In this document: positions 21,452 to 31,273 of the stretch, piece by piece
Position numbering within the stretch: the first letter of the stretch is position 1
Layout: each line of letters starts with the position of its first letter
Origin: Thermodesulfobacteriota bacterium
GTDB lineage: Bacteria > Desulfobacterota > Desulfobacteria > Desulfobacterales > C00003060
Direction of reading: 5' to 3'
Length of the DNA stretch: 64,000 nt
Assembly: GCA_034189385.1 (NCBI GenBank)
Contig: JAXHVD010000005.1
Location: 96,001 to 160,000, forward strand
The notes under the pieces: model-generated
What the model was told of the DNA's origin: nothing
Database searches by the model: none
What the model saw: only the letters and a program-made list of their open reading frames with translations
Made by a program: the position numbers and the translations under genes

Positions 21452-23764
21452 TTAAGCCCTGGTCAGCTTGGCCCGAATGCCCCACGTGGCGCACAGGCCA
21501 GAGACGGGATCTTCCACAACACCCATGAGGCTGTTTGCGTTAACACCTTTGCCTGCCAAGTAGTCATCATAGGCCTGATGACCTAACCCCTTGGGAATGC
21601 CAACGACTCCTGGCATGATGCCCTCAAAGAGATGGACCAGGACTTGGGCCTTTCCTCTGGGTGTTTCGAGTATGGCAGGCTGACCTTCAGAAAGGCCATG
21701 GTCGCCAGCTGTCTTGGGATTGACTTCCACAAACAGCTCATCGCCTTTCAATTCGGTCTCTTCCAGTGTCTTTATGCAAAAGGGCGGATTCCCGACGGCG
21801 CCGTCAGCCAACCGCATCAATTCCGTGGGAATCAAGGTTAGCGGATAAGCGGCAGGATCTCCCTCTGGCTCTAACGGCTCATAATGAGGGAGATAATCTT
21901 GGTCTTCCTTCATCTTCATGCCCGCCTGGTCAAAGGCCGTGACGTAAAACTCAAACTTGCGAGAGGCCGTCTGGAAAGCCTTTCCCCATGCAGGAGGCTC
22001 GTACCCCTTTTCTTCCACATAGCCCGTCTCCTGGAGGGTATCCCATTTGTCTCCCATGGTTTCCTCTAGCAAGGCCTCATAGCTTTCCCAGGCAAAGGCC
22101 TCTGACATGGACCCGCCTAGGTCCCTGCCAATTTCCATGATCACATCGCCCACATGCCTTGTGTTAAACTGAGGAGACACTGCCGGTCTGAGCAAGGCCA
22201 GCACAGGGTTCCTCAATCCAACAGGGGTGGGACAATCCTCCCATCGCTCCAGATAGTGATGATTAGGAAGGATGAGATCTGCCTGGTTAGCCGTTTCGTC
22301 AAAATAAGTGGAAAAACTGACCACAAATGGAATGCGGTCAAAGGCTTCAGCCACCGCTGCACTGTCCAACGTCGTATAGTAAGGATCGGCCTCGTGTACC
22401 AAAAGGGCCTCAATAGCACCGCCATTTTGTCCATTAATAATTTGAGGCAGTCGATCCGGGAGATATCTAGTCAACGGGTATTGGCCACTGCCCGCGCCAT
22501 CCACACGGGGCATTCGATTGCCGGCTATCGCCACGTTATCCTGAGGCACTTCCGGCCATTGTCTGGTCGCTAATTGAGGGCGGGCAGAAACTCCTCCCCG
22601 CTTGTTGATGTTGCCTACCAAGGCGTTGAGCGCATGGACAGCCATGCACTCGTAAAGGCTTCCCGACGTGGTTCCCTTGCCCCGTCCCCATACCGCCAAG
22701 GGGTGCTTGGCTTTTGCAAAGGCCAAGGCAAGGCTGACGATCTTGGAGCCCGGAATGCCCGTGATCTTGGATACGGCGTCAGGATTGTACTCGTTCAAGA
22801 CCAACTCCTTGAAACCCATGCACGTTTTGCCAGCAAAAGCACAATTTTCAAACCCAAAGGCGTGTTTCTCTATGAAGTTGGAGTCATAGAGGCTTTCCTT
22901 AATGATGACATGGGCCAGCCCCAGAGCCAAGGCCCCCTCTGTTCCGGGATTGATGGCAATCCACTGGTCCGCCTTACCAGCTGTGTTGGAAAGGCGCGGT
23001 TCAATCTGAACCACCGTAGCCCTTTCATTGGCATTTCCACTACGCCATATGCTGTGGGCCTGAATCACACGCACGGGCGATCCCCAACCTTCTATAAGAC
23101 CACAGCCGAAACTCAAGATGAAGTCTGCACCTTCCAGGTCATAGGCCCTTGAAGCAGCTACGCCCTCCATGAGGCCCGTGGCCAATTCGTATGTATCCTC
23201 GGAAGACGTCGTGCATATAAAATTGGGAGATCCATAGGAACTTAGAAAACGGTCAAACAGCTGCGCCACCGTTCCCTGGTCCGACCCGAGCACACAAGCA
23301 ACCTTGTGGGCCTGGCCATTGTTGCGCAAATCGCCGAGCTTTCCGACGACTTCCCCTATGGCAGCTTCCCAGGATATCTTCTCCCACTTCCCTGCACCCC
23401 GTTTCCCAACGCGTTTCATGGGAGCCGGCACGCGCCAAGGTCCGTACAGGAGCTGAAGGCCTGCTGTCCCGAGGACACAGATACCGCCGTCGTTGACTGG
23501 ATACCCCACCCTGCCTTCAATCTTGGTGGCGCGATCTTCAACTTTGCGAACCGTGATACCACAACCCCCGGGGCACAGTTTGCAGATGGTGTCTGCCTGT
23601 GTGACTGCTCCCCGATCAGGCACCGGCACCCAAGGCCAGTTCTGGGTCCAGATGGCCATATCATCCATCAATTTCCAGTTAACAGGCGTAGCCATAAAAC
23701 CGGCCCCGGCCCCGGCCGCGAATCCCACTGCCAGCTCAATAAAAGTTCTTCTGCCCAGTTTCAT
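21452..23764 (-). CDS. qrcB: QrcB molybdopterin-oxidoreductase-like subunit
   Basis: Tat signal GRRTF, WKLMDDMAIWTQNWPW, CKLCPGGC; between qrcA and qrcC. Confidence 0.92.
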   Translation of the reverse strand: MKLGRRTFIELAVGFAAGAGAGFMATPVNWKLMDDMAIWTQNWPWVPVPDRGAVTQADTICKLCPGGCGITVRKVEDRATKIEGRVGYPVNDGGICVLGTAGLQLLYGPWRVPAPMKRVGKRGAGKWEKISWEAAIGEVVGKLGDLRNNGQAHKVACVLGSDQGTVAQLFDRFLSSYGSPNFICTTSSEDTYELATGLMEGVAASRAYDLEGADFILSFGCGLIEGWGSPVRVIQAHSIWRSGNANERATVVQIEPRLSNTAGKADQWIAINPGTEGALALGLAHVIIKESLYDSNFIEKHAFGFENCAFAGKTCMGFKELVLNEYNPDAVSKITGIPGSKIVSLALAFAKAKHPLAVWGRGKGTTSGSLYECMAVHALNALVGNINKRGGVSARPQLATRQWPEVPQDNVAIAGNRMPRVDGAGSGQYPLTRYLPDRLPQIINGQNGGAIEALLVHEADPYYTTLDSAAVAEAFDRIPFVVSFSTYFDETANQADLILPNHHYLERWEDCPTPVGLRNPVLALLRPAVSPQFNTRHVGDVIMEIGRDLGGSMSEAFAWESYEALLEETMGDKWDTLQETGYVEEKGYEPPAWGKAFQTASRKFEFYVTAFDQAGMKMKEDQDYLPHYEPLEPEGDPAAYPLTLIPTELMRLADGAVGNPPFCIKTLEETELKGDELFVEVNPKTAGDHGLSEGQPAILETPRGKAQVLVHLFEGIMPGVVGIPKGLGHQAYDDYLAGKGVNANSLMGVVEDPVSGLCATWGIRAKLTRA

Positions 23765-23809
23765 ACGTTTTCCCCTTGTGCGTCTCTGAAAAGGACTCTG
23801 TCCTATAAC

Positions 23810-24574
23810 CTACTTGTGGCAAACAAAGCAGGCATCCCTGTAGCCCTTGCCCTTGTGACCCTCGTGGCACTCTGCACAGTCATCCATCTTCATGCGAGCA
23901 GGCTCAAGGTCTCCCGCCTCGGCCAAATCATCTCTATTCAATCGCTCCCAGCCGCTCTCGGCCATACCAGCAATATTCCAGCCCCAAATATCACGACTAT
24001 ACTTGGTGAGGCGGTTGTACTGGTAGGGCCGTGTGTGTTTCGAATCCCCCATGGATCCGTGACAAATCAGGCATTCGATTTCTGCCATATTGACGTGGGC
24101 CGCATGAGAGAAAAAGACGCAGACAGGCTGGCGGGAATAGATCAACCACGGGATCTCTTTACCGGGTTCAACATATTCCGCAACAAACTTGGCCTCTTCA
24201 GGATTCTCTCCCATGGCCTCTTCGTGACACTCGAGACAGTTGTCAAGTTTGGGGACCCCTGAGAAGCTCCCGTCTTCACGGAAATAGTGACAGCCTTCAC
24301 ACTCGCCCAATTCTTCTACGTGAAGTTGATGGTTAAAATCAATGGGCTGTTCTTTCTCAGCATAAAGGAGGACCGGAAGGGCCACCCACCCCACAACAAA
24401 GTGCGACACAAACCCGACGAAAAACGCGGCCAGAGGAATGAGAAATCGCCATGTCCCTGGCTCTACAGGTTCGCCCTTTGCCTCACCTTGGGCATGTTCT
24501 TCGGCTTGCTCCTCGCTTGCTTCTTCTTGCTCACCCGCGGCTACCGTTTGGTCTTTTTCTTCTTCTGCACTCAT
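23810..24574 (-). CDS. qrcA: QrcA membrane-anchored multiheme cytochrome c
   Basis: TM anchor, QPIDFNH, five CxxCH motifs, YSRQP.CVFFSHAAH. Confidence 0.93.
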   Translation of the reverse strand: MSAEEEKDQTVAAGEQEEASEEQAEEHAQGEAKGEPVEPGTWRFLIPLAAFFVGFVSHFVVGWVALPVLLYAEKEQPIDFNHQLHVEELGECEGCHYFREDGSFSGVPKLDNCLECHEEAMGENPEEAKFVAEYVEPGKEIPWLIYSRQPVCVFFSHAAHVNMAEIECLICHGSMGDSKHTRPYQYNRLTKYSRDIWGWNIAGMAESGWERLNRDDLAEAGDLEPARMKMDDCAECHEGHKGKGYRDACFVCHK

Positions 24575-24799
24575 GGAGACTCCATATCATTTAGTTTTAG
24601 AGCCTGAAAACGGCACGTCCACTCACATGCCAGGCCTTTACATGACGACCGCCAACGCTGCAAGCTACCCCCGTTGCAGTAACACGTGCATTTTGAAATC
24701 TTGCCGCTCTGTTGGGGTAAGGACTTGCGCTAAAAAACAGTCAGACGAGACTATAATGGTTGAAAAAATCACGGCTTGTGCCACCGAGACATCGTGTCC

Positions 24800-24828
24800 C
24801 CTTTACCCTGAAGTCCTCATTTTGTCAA
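24800..24828 (-). promoter_or_regulatory. Putative sigma70 promoter of qrcABCD
   Basis: Minus strand TTGACA-17 bp-TAAAGG. Confidence 0.5.
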
Positions 24829-24926
24829 GGAAAAATCACGGCAAAACCAGAAAGCTGAAGCCTTTTGCTTCTGACTAAAGGCTGGGGCACAACCAAAGAC
24901 GGACCACAGGGAATCGACTGGAATTC

Positions 24927-25343
24927 CTACGGAAGCTTTCGGTTCAGGAAGAGGTAGAGAACCACTTGGATTGACTCTAGGAAAAAACCAAAGGCATAAA
25001 GGGCGGCATGCTTGTAGAATACAAATTGCATGGCAAACAAGGCGGCTGCCAGTAGCAAAGATACCTGGAGCACCCTTACATAGAGTCGGGCCTGAAGTGG
25101 CCTTCGCGCTGCTGAAAAGGCAAGAAAGGCACGGGTTCCGGGAACGCTTACTGCCAGAGAGTACCAGAACTTCTCGATGGGGAAAAACACCATAGGCCAG
25201 TTGAACCGAGCAAAGGCCTTGTTTGCCATGAGAATAGGATAGTCGGGATTTACCACAAAAAGCACGGCCACTGCCACGTAGATCATAGCCATTGTCTCAA
25301 GACACCACTGGACCCCTTTCAAAGGAAGCTCATGGGATGACAC
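24927..25343 (-). CDS. Hypothetical membrane protein
   Basis: 138 aa, about four hydrophobic segments, SD GAGGT. Confidence 0.65.
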   Translation of the reverse strand: MSSHELPLKGVQWCLETMAMIYVAVAVLFVVNPDYPILMANKAFARFNWPMVFFPIEKFWYSLAVSVPGTRAFLAFSAARRPLQARLYVRVLQVSLLLAAALFAMQFVFYKHAALYAFGFFLESIQVVLYLFLNRKLP

Positions 25344-25398
25344 GGCACCTCTATCCTTTCTTTACCAGGCTCTTGCCCAATGGCGGTGACAGCCCCTA

Positions 25399-26145
25399 TT
25401 AAGATTCGGCCATCTTTTCAAGGAGGTCTCTTTTCAGGGCATCAAGGTCTTCCCGGTTAATGCGAGCGCCTTTCATGCCGCCGTTAAGGGCGATTTCAGA
25501 CAAATAGCTCTCGCCTTTTACAGTGACCAGCAAATCAATGTGGGCGTAAGGGAACTTTCCCCGCTCCATCACCTCACGGCACAGAGCAAGCTGATCTTTT
25601 CCCAAGTCGTAGGGCCTGCTCGTCCCACCTGCCGTCAGGTTCATCCTGAAGTTGTGCAGGTTCTCTCGGATGTAGGCGTCCACATAGCCCCCTGCAATAA
25701 TGGCCCGCACATCCGTGTAGTTTTCCAGAAAGGGCTGTACCACAAAGGGATACAAGATGGCATTGAAGGAGGCTTGGTTGTATACGGCCTCCAGGTTGTC
25801 CCACCGGTGTACGCCGAATCCGCAGTGTCGGCTGTCCTCTTTGGTAACCACTGCACCAATACCGTGCTCATTGTAGGCGTTGATACCGTGCATGAGGTCC
25901 GCCCGTCTTGTGATGATCAGCGTATGAGGAACCATCCACGGCCGAAAGGCAAGGGCCTGGGCCACCTTTGATCCGGCCAGGCTTTGGGAAAGGGCAGAAG
26001 GAAAAAACCGAACCCCTCTTTCTATCAGGTCCACGAAGATACGACGCCTGAGGTGTTTAAAGCCGAGGACGCCTATGAAACAGTCCCCGGCCTTTAGCTC
26101 ATGGTATCGCTTTTTTAGCTCCATATTTTTTCGAAGGATCATCAC
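25399..26145 (-). CDS. RimK-like ATP-grasp protein
   Basis: VVQPF...DVR, FRMNLTAGG, HIDLL...YLSEI..N motifs. Confidence 0.8.
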   Translation of the reverse strand: MMILRKNMELKKRYHELKAGDCFIGVLGFKHLRRRIFVDLIERGVRFFPSALSQSLAGSKVAQALAFRPWMVPHTLIITRRADLMHGINAYNEHGIGAVVTKEDSRHCGFGVHRWDNLEAVYNQASFNAILYPFVVQPFLENYTDVRAIIAGGYVDAYIRENLHNFRMNLTAGGTSRPYDLGKDQLALCREVMERGKFPYAHIDLLVTVKGESYLSEIALNGGMKGARINREDLDALKRDLLEKMAES

Positions 26146-26381
26146 CTTAGATGTATCTTCCTAGTTCCGCGTCAATACTCGCCTCTTTTTGCTCCAAATC
26201 TGGCCAGGAGCCTCTGGCGGGGCGGGTGTCATGAGGCATACTGGTCTTATCGATGCTGGCAAGAGAACACCAGAGAGATGGCGTCGTAGCCAAGCAAATC
26301 CATTAAGCATCTCGCATGGAGTATCCGTTCCAATCGTCGTGATCTTTCAGGATGCATGCCATTTCGTATTCGAACTCAGAG

Positions 26382-27332
26382 TCATTTGCCGGAACCGTTT
26401 TCCCTGCCTTCCAAAGCGAGCTCGATAAGTCGATCCAAAAGCTGGCTGAACGAGATGCCTGCTGCCTTGGCTGCCAATGGGAAGAGGCTTACCGGCGTCA
26501 TTCCAGGAATGGTGTTTGTTTCCAAGACGTAAATGGTCTCGCCACCAATAATCATGTCGGTCCTGCTATATCCCCGGCAGCACAGGGTCCTGTGGGCCGT
26601 GGCAGCATAAGATCGGGCACGCTCAGAGAGGGTATCGCTAATAGGGGCGGGACAGATCTCTCGGGTAGCCCCTTTCTTGTACTTTGCCTCGTAGTCAAAG
26701 AATGTATAGTGGGATTCAGGAACAATCTCCACAATGGGGAGCACCTCGAGGTCGTAGTTGCCGAGAACGCTGCCTGTGATCTCCGTACCCTTCAGGTAAC
26801 GCTCGACGATCACATGGGGCCCCTGTGCAAAGGCCCTGTCAAGGGCCTCGTCCAGCAGTGGCGCACTTTCCACGATACTTGTGCCAATGCTCGATCCTCC
26901 ATAGCGTGGCTTCACGACCAGGGGATATCCGGGATTCTCTGCCAAGGCTTCTGTGTCATAGGAGTGCCCTTTGGTGAGAACACAAAAGGGTGGTACAGAA
27001 AGGCCCGCTTCTTTGTACAACCGCTTGGAGGTCCATTTGTCCATTGCCAGAGCACTTCCCAGTACGCCTGAGCCCTGGTAGGGGATATTGAGCAGATCGA
27101 GAAGCCCCTGAACCGTTCCGTCCTCGCCATAAGGGCCATGAAGCACGATGAGGGCTACATCAATGCTGGACGCGTTGGTTACAAGTTCTCCTAGGTCCGT
27201 AGCGGGGTCATAACGTGTGATGCCGTACTTGGTGTTGTCTAGGGCGTCGTAAACCTGATCACCACTTTTGATGGAGACTTCGCGCTCAGAGGAGATACCA
27301 CCTGAAAGGAGGGCCACATTCAGCTTTGTCAT
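26382..27332 (-). CDS. ddl: D-alanine--D-alanine ligase
   Basis: GGISSEREVS, LHGPYGEDG, GSSIG, FDYEAKY, ETNTIPGMT..SLFP. Confidence 0.97.
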   Translation of the reverse strand: MTKLNVALLSGGISSEREVSIKSGDQVYDALDNTKYGITRYDPATDLGELVTNASSIDVALIVLHGPYGEDGTVQGLLDLLNIPYQGSGVLGSALAMDKWTSKRLYKEAGLSVPPFCVLTKGHSYDTEALAENPGYPLVVKPRYGGSSIGTSIVESAPLLDEALDRAFAQGPHVIVERYLKGTEITGSVLGNYDLEVLPIVEIVPESHYTFFDYEAKYKKGATREICPAPISDTLSERARSYAATAHRTLCCRGYSRTDMIIGGETIYVLETNTIPGMTPVSLFPLAAKAAGISFSQLLDRLIELALEGRENGSGK

Positions 27333-27823
27333 TGCCCCATGAGTTCCTTCTTGGCCTCCAAGAATTCGTCTATGGAGATGAGATCTTGCTTAAGGAGACG
27401 ACCTAAATTGGCGAGCTGCTCAGAACGATTCACACTCGGGGCCTGGAGTTGTTTGGCGCTGTCTGAGTGGCCTTGTCCAATGGCCAGAGGTTCGTTGGTG
27501 TTGCCCAGTTTGAGGCTTGCAAATCCTCCCAGGAATGAGACCTCTACAGTCCGTCCTTCGAGAACAGGGTCCTTCAGGATGTCTTTCAGTTTTTTCCCTC
27601 GCCGTTTCATATGCTTCCACCACAGATATGCAGACCCGAGGGTCAAAACTCCTCCAGTGGCCAGGATCCAGGGCAAATAGGTAACAACTCCGCCGAACAA
27701 GAGCATGACGATCCCCAAGGCCATGATCAAGATAATGTGGAGGAAGAGGACAAAAAAGGCCAACAGGACACTTCTGAAGTGGCTTTCCTTTGGGTTCAGG
27801 CTGTTGCGTAGCTTATTCATCAT
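27329..27823 (-). CDS. Membrane protein with SHOCT-like C-terminus
   Basis: Two TMs; C-terminal L..L..L.....IS..EF..AKKEL. Confidence 0.7.
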   Translation of the reverse strand: MMNKLRNSLNPKESHFRSVLLAFFVLFLHIILIMALGIVMLLFGGVVTYLPWILATGGVLTLGSAYLWWKHMKRRGKKLKDILKDPVLEGRTVEVSFLGGFASLKLGNTNEPLAIGQGHSDSAKQLQAPSVNRSEQLANLGRLLKQDLISIDEFLEAKKELMGQ

Positions 27824-28466
27824 TCCACCCCCTGACAGGACATTCGGAACACTTTGGCTTTCTTTTGCTGCAAAAGGTGTGCCCTAGGTGGACAAGGAGT
27901 GCATGGTATTCGTTGAACATGGCAACATCAGGTGCAAGACAGTCCATAAAAAAATCGCGAACCTCATCATAAGACGCCTCTTCGGGCATGAGACGGTGCC
28001 TAAAGAGGATCCTTTTCGTGTAGGCGTCCACAACAAAAGTAGGCTTGTTCCCAGCATAAAGGAGAATGCTGTCCGCCGTTTCCGGCCCCACGCCGTTGAT
28101 GGATAGCAGTTTGCCTCTCAGGGTGTCAAGGTCTCCGGCCAAGAGACGATCAAGATTGCCCCCATCTTCCGTAAAGAGAAAATCTAAGAAGTGCTTCAGA
28201 CGCCGGGCCTTTATGTTGTAATAACCTGCCGGCCTGATGACGGCTGCCAGATCTTCAACTGGAAGATGCTGAAGGGCCTCTGGGGAAAGGAGGTTTGCCG
28301 TTTTCAGGTTCCTGATGGCCTTTTCCACATTTCGCCAGGCCGTGTTCTGTGTCAGGATGGCGCCAATACTGATTTCAAAGGCAGAGTCTCCCGGCCACCA
28401 ATGGCGCGGGCCAAAGGCCTTGTAAAGCCTGTTGTAGAGATCCAGTAGAGTCCTTTTTCTGTCCAA
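27813..28466 (-). CDS. Endonuclease III-like HhH-GPD glycosylase
   Basis: GAILTQNTAW, LLSINGVGPETADSILLYA, VVDAYTKR, C-terminal Cys cluster; TTG start. Confidence 0.9.
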   Translation of the reverse strand: MDRKRTLLDLYNRLYKAFGPRHWWPGDSAFEISIGAILTQNTAWRNVEKAIRNLKTANLLSPEALQHLPVEDLAAVIRPAGYYNIKARRLKHFLDFLFTEDGGNLDRLLAGDLDTLRGKLLSINGVGPETADSILLYAGNKPTFVVDAYTKRILFRHRLMPEEASYDEVRDFFMDCLAPDVAMFNEYHALLVHLGHTFCSKRKPKCSECPVRGWNDE

Positions 28467-28524
28467 TTTCTGTCCAACATGACGGTATCACAAGAAGCCT
28501 ATTGTTTTCACCCAACCTCAAGGA

Positions 28525-28893
28525 TCATGGGCCGAAGCGTTCTATCAGCTTCTTCTCATACCGCTGATCCTTTTCAAAGCTGAGATGAGTGCCACGCATG
28601 ACGTTCAGTTTCATGACAAGGAAGTTGAGTTTCTTGATCTGTCGATACTTGGCCTTTGTGTCTTCCATGTCGGCCAAGAGGTCCTCGGTCTTTGCGATTT
28701 CTTTTCTGAGCGAGACCTCAGGGGGGACACAGTTTGCGTTCTTTAACACCTTGTAAGCAACACGAAGATCTTCAGGTATATGAGATTCGTCCTCTAGTTT
28801 CAGGGGTTTTCCAGCCCCAGGAAGGTCCTCAAAAACCCCGTCCCGGACGGCTTGCTGGATACGCTTCTCAGCGATTCTCTGAAAACAGATCAT
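28525..28893 (-). CDS. DUF1992-like protein
   Basis: AEKRIQQA..DG.FEDLPGAGKPL...LKNA..VPP. Confidence 0.85.
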   Translation of the reverse strand: MICFQRIAEKRIQQAVRDGVFEDLPGAGKPLKLEDESHIPEDLRVAYKVLKNANCVPPEVSLRKEIAKTEDLLADMEDTKAKYRQIKKLNFLVMKLNVMRGTHLSFEKDQRYEKKLIERFGP

Positions 28894-29187
28894 GAGTGCC
28901 TACAACTTATCGATTCTCTTTAGAAAAGCCACCAATCTGTGACGGGCCCCACATCCCCTATTTCATATATGTTCTCAGCCCATCTTTCAAGGTTTTTTGG
29001 GCTGGCCACCTCATGCCAGCCAAGTCCAAAGGTCAAGACCGGCATGCATTGCGGTACGATCTTGATTGTGCTAAAAGGAGGGGCTGTATTGCTCCTCATT
29101 GCCACGCCACCACTCACGGAGAGAGCAAAAAACACTTTCTGCGAGACTATCAAGACAGTCTCTCAAGCTCGCGAGGATTGGATCGCC

Positions 29188-30045
29188 ATGATGACAACCC
29201 ATGCCTTTGGTTACGGTAAACTGGATCAGCCGGAAGTACTGGACTCGCTCTTTCATCCTCGTCAAGAGATTGACGCCACCGCGCCACCGGACGCCATTGA
29301 CCATGACATGACGGTAGAAGAGGGCGTTTCCATCAGTGCCAGGTTTCATTTGGCTGAGGAGGAAGCACCGAACATTTTGTTTTTTCATGGCAATGGAGAA
29401 ATCGTTGCTGATTATGACCCCGTGGGTCCCATCTACAATGACCACGGACTGAGCTTCCTCGCCGTGGACTATCGGGGCTACGGGAGGAGCGGCGGGCTGC
29501 CCACGGTAACGGCCATGATGAAAGACGCTCATGTGGTTTTTGGGAAGATCCGGGCCTGGCTGAAAGATGAGAATCGTAATGGACCCCTTCTAGTCATGGG
29601 GAGATCCCTGGGGAGTGCCTGTGCTGTGGATCTGGCCGCTTCCTACGAGGCAGACGTTGCCGGTCTCATTATTGAGAGTGGATTCGCCCACACCGTGCCT
29701 CTGTTGACTTGTCTAGGTATTGACACACAGACTTTGGGCATTACCGAGGTCGATGGATTTAGGAATCTGGAAAAGATTGCACAAGTTGCCACGCCCACGC
29801 TGACCATACATGCCCGTTATGACCAGATCATCCCTGCAATGAGTGCGGAGCTTTTGCAGGTGCACTGTGCCGCACGGAGCAAGGAATTCCACATGATCCC
29901 TGGCGCTGACCACAACACCATCATGGCCCACGCCGGCAAATTCTACTTTGAGATCATCAAGCGATTTACTAATAAAATCGAGGGAAAACGCCCAAAGCGC
30001 TCCTACAAAGAAAGACGCAAGGCATCACTTGAGGAGACCGATTAG
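29188..30045 (+). CDS. Alpha/beta hydrolase
   Basis: FFHGNGE, DYRGYGRS, GRSLG nucleophile elbow, GADHN. Confidence 0.9.
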   Translation: MMTTHAFGYGKLDQPEVLDSLFHPRQEIDATAPPDAIDHDMTVEEGVSISARFHLAEEEAPNILFFHGNGEIVADYDPVGPIYNDHGLSFLAVDYRGYGRSGGLPTVTAMMKDAHVVFGKIRAWLKDENRNGPLLVMGRSLGSACAVDLAASYEADVAGLIIESGFAHTVPLLTCLGIDTQTLGITEVDGFRNLEKIAQVATPTLTIHARYDQIIPAMSAELLQVHCAARSKEFHMIPGADHNTIMAHAGKFYFEIIKRFTNKIEGKRPKRSYKERRKASLEETD

Positions 30046-30118
30046 ATGGACAGGTGCAACTTCTGTTACGTGGCCTTCTCGTTGGAGAGATGTCAGGCGC
30101 AGACAGGAAGAAAGAAGA

Positions 30119-30195
30119 TGGTGGCGGTGCAGGGACTCGAACCCCGGACACTGCGGATATGAGCCGCATGCTCTAACCGACTGAGCTACACCGCC
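30119..30195 (-). tRNA. tRNA-Met(CAT), probably elongator
   Basis: GGCGGTG acceptor stem with G1-C72, anticodon arm TGCGG-CTCATAT-CCGCA, GGTTCGAGTCC, CCA; upstream TTGGCA-17 bp-TATTAT. Confidence 0.94.
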
Positions 30196-30461
30196 ACACA
30201 GAGGGACCCTTGAGATGTGCAACCTTATATATAATACTAACACCTTTTGACTTTGCCAAGCCAAAAGGTGTGCCTGTTGTGTGAAGCCGAATCTCCTGAC
30301 GTCAAGTTGGGCCTAGATATCACCTTGCCGTTTATTAGTCAAGGACACTGCTTTTGAATGTTGAGGCTTCACGGTTTAGGCGGTACGCCACGGTTATGCA
30401 ACTCAATATCCATAAGCCTTGTTAAACCAATCCCCTTAGGGTTTGGAGATTTCTGGAGGCA

Positions 30462-31082
30462 ATGAGCTATTCCTGTTCCGGGGCAATCTTGTCCGGTGGT
30501 CTGAATACCCGAATGGGAGGTCAAAACAAGGCCTTTGTTTCAGTTGGAAATCAGCGGATTTTAGATTGCCTTTACAACACGTTCCAGAACCTTTTCCCAG
30601 AGCTGCTCCTGGTTACCAATGATCCGCTAGCATACCTATCATGGGACATGATGATCGTAACGGATCTTTTCGCCATTCGCAGTTCCCTTACCGGCATTCA
30701 TGCCGCCCTTTTTCATTGCTCCCAACCCCATGTCTTTGTCACGGCCTGTGACACCCCCTTCATGAAACGGGAACTCGTCACCGCCCTTTTGGACGAACTC
30801 GAGCCAAAGTGGGATGTGATCATGCCTGTCACCGAGGAGGGACATCAGCCCCTGTGCGCTATCTATTCCAAACGTTGCCTTAAGCCCATTGCACATCAGC
30901 TTGAGCATGAGGATCCCAGGATCGTGAACTTCTTCTCCAAGGTCAAGGTAAAAGAGGTGCCGGAAGAAAAGCTGAGGGCCGCAGATCCTGATCTCACATC
31001 CTTTTTTAACATCAATACCCCGGAAGACCTGGCTACGTCTGAAAAGATATTGGCACAAGGCCTTGAAGAGTTCCGGCATTGA
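30462..31082 (+). CDS. mobA: Molybdenum cofactor guanylyltransferase
   Basis: ILSGG...RMGG.NKA, ACDTPF, QPLCAIY, FFNINTPEDL. Confidence 0.93.
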   Translation: MSYSCSGAILSGGLNTRMGGQNKAFVSVGNQRILDCLYNTFQNLFPELLLVTNDPLAYLSWDMMIVTDLFAIRSSLTGIHAALFHCSQPHVFVTACDTPFMKRELVTALLDELEPKWDVIMPVTEEGHQPLCAIYSKRCLKPIAHQLEHEDPRIVNFFSKVKVKEVPEEKLRAADPDLTSFFNINTPEDLATSEKILAQGLEEFRH

Positions 31083-31273
31083 CTGCATTCGCCACAAGGC
31101 TATAGTGCATCGGGCTCCCTGCTCAGGGCCAACCTAATGCGGGATAACCATTCCACGGGTCTCAAGACTTGTGCCCGCAGATTTCCCCATCCCTAGGCTT
31201 CCATTGTATGGAAAAGGCCCAAACCACTGCGTTGCCGTTTTCTGGAAACCTCGCCACGTTTCTAGCTTCTATT

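Noticed and set aside
21452..23764. QrcB as a catalytic molybdoenzyme served by the nearby Moco genes
   Set aside because: Characterised QrcB lacks the cofactor; nothing here argues otherwise.
30260..30460. Moco/Wco riboswitch upstream of mobA (33130-33330 also checked)
   Set aside because: No recognisable conserved riboswitch motifs, only a small hairpin.
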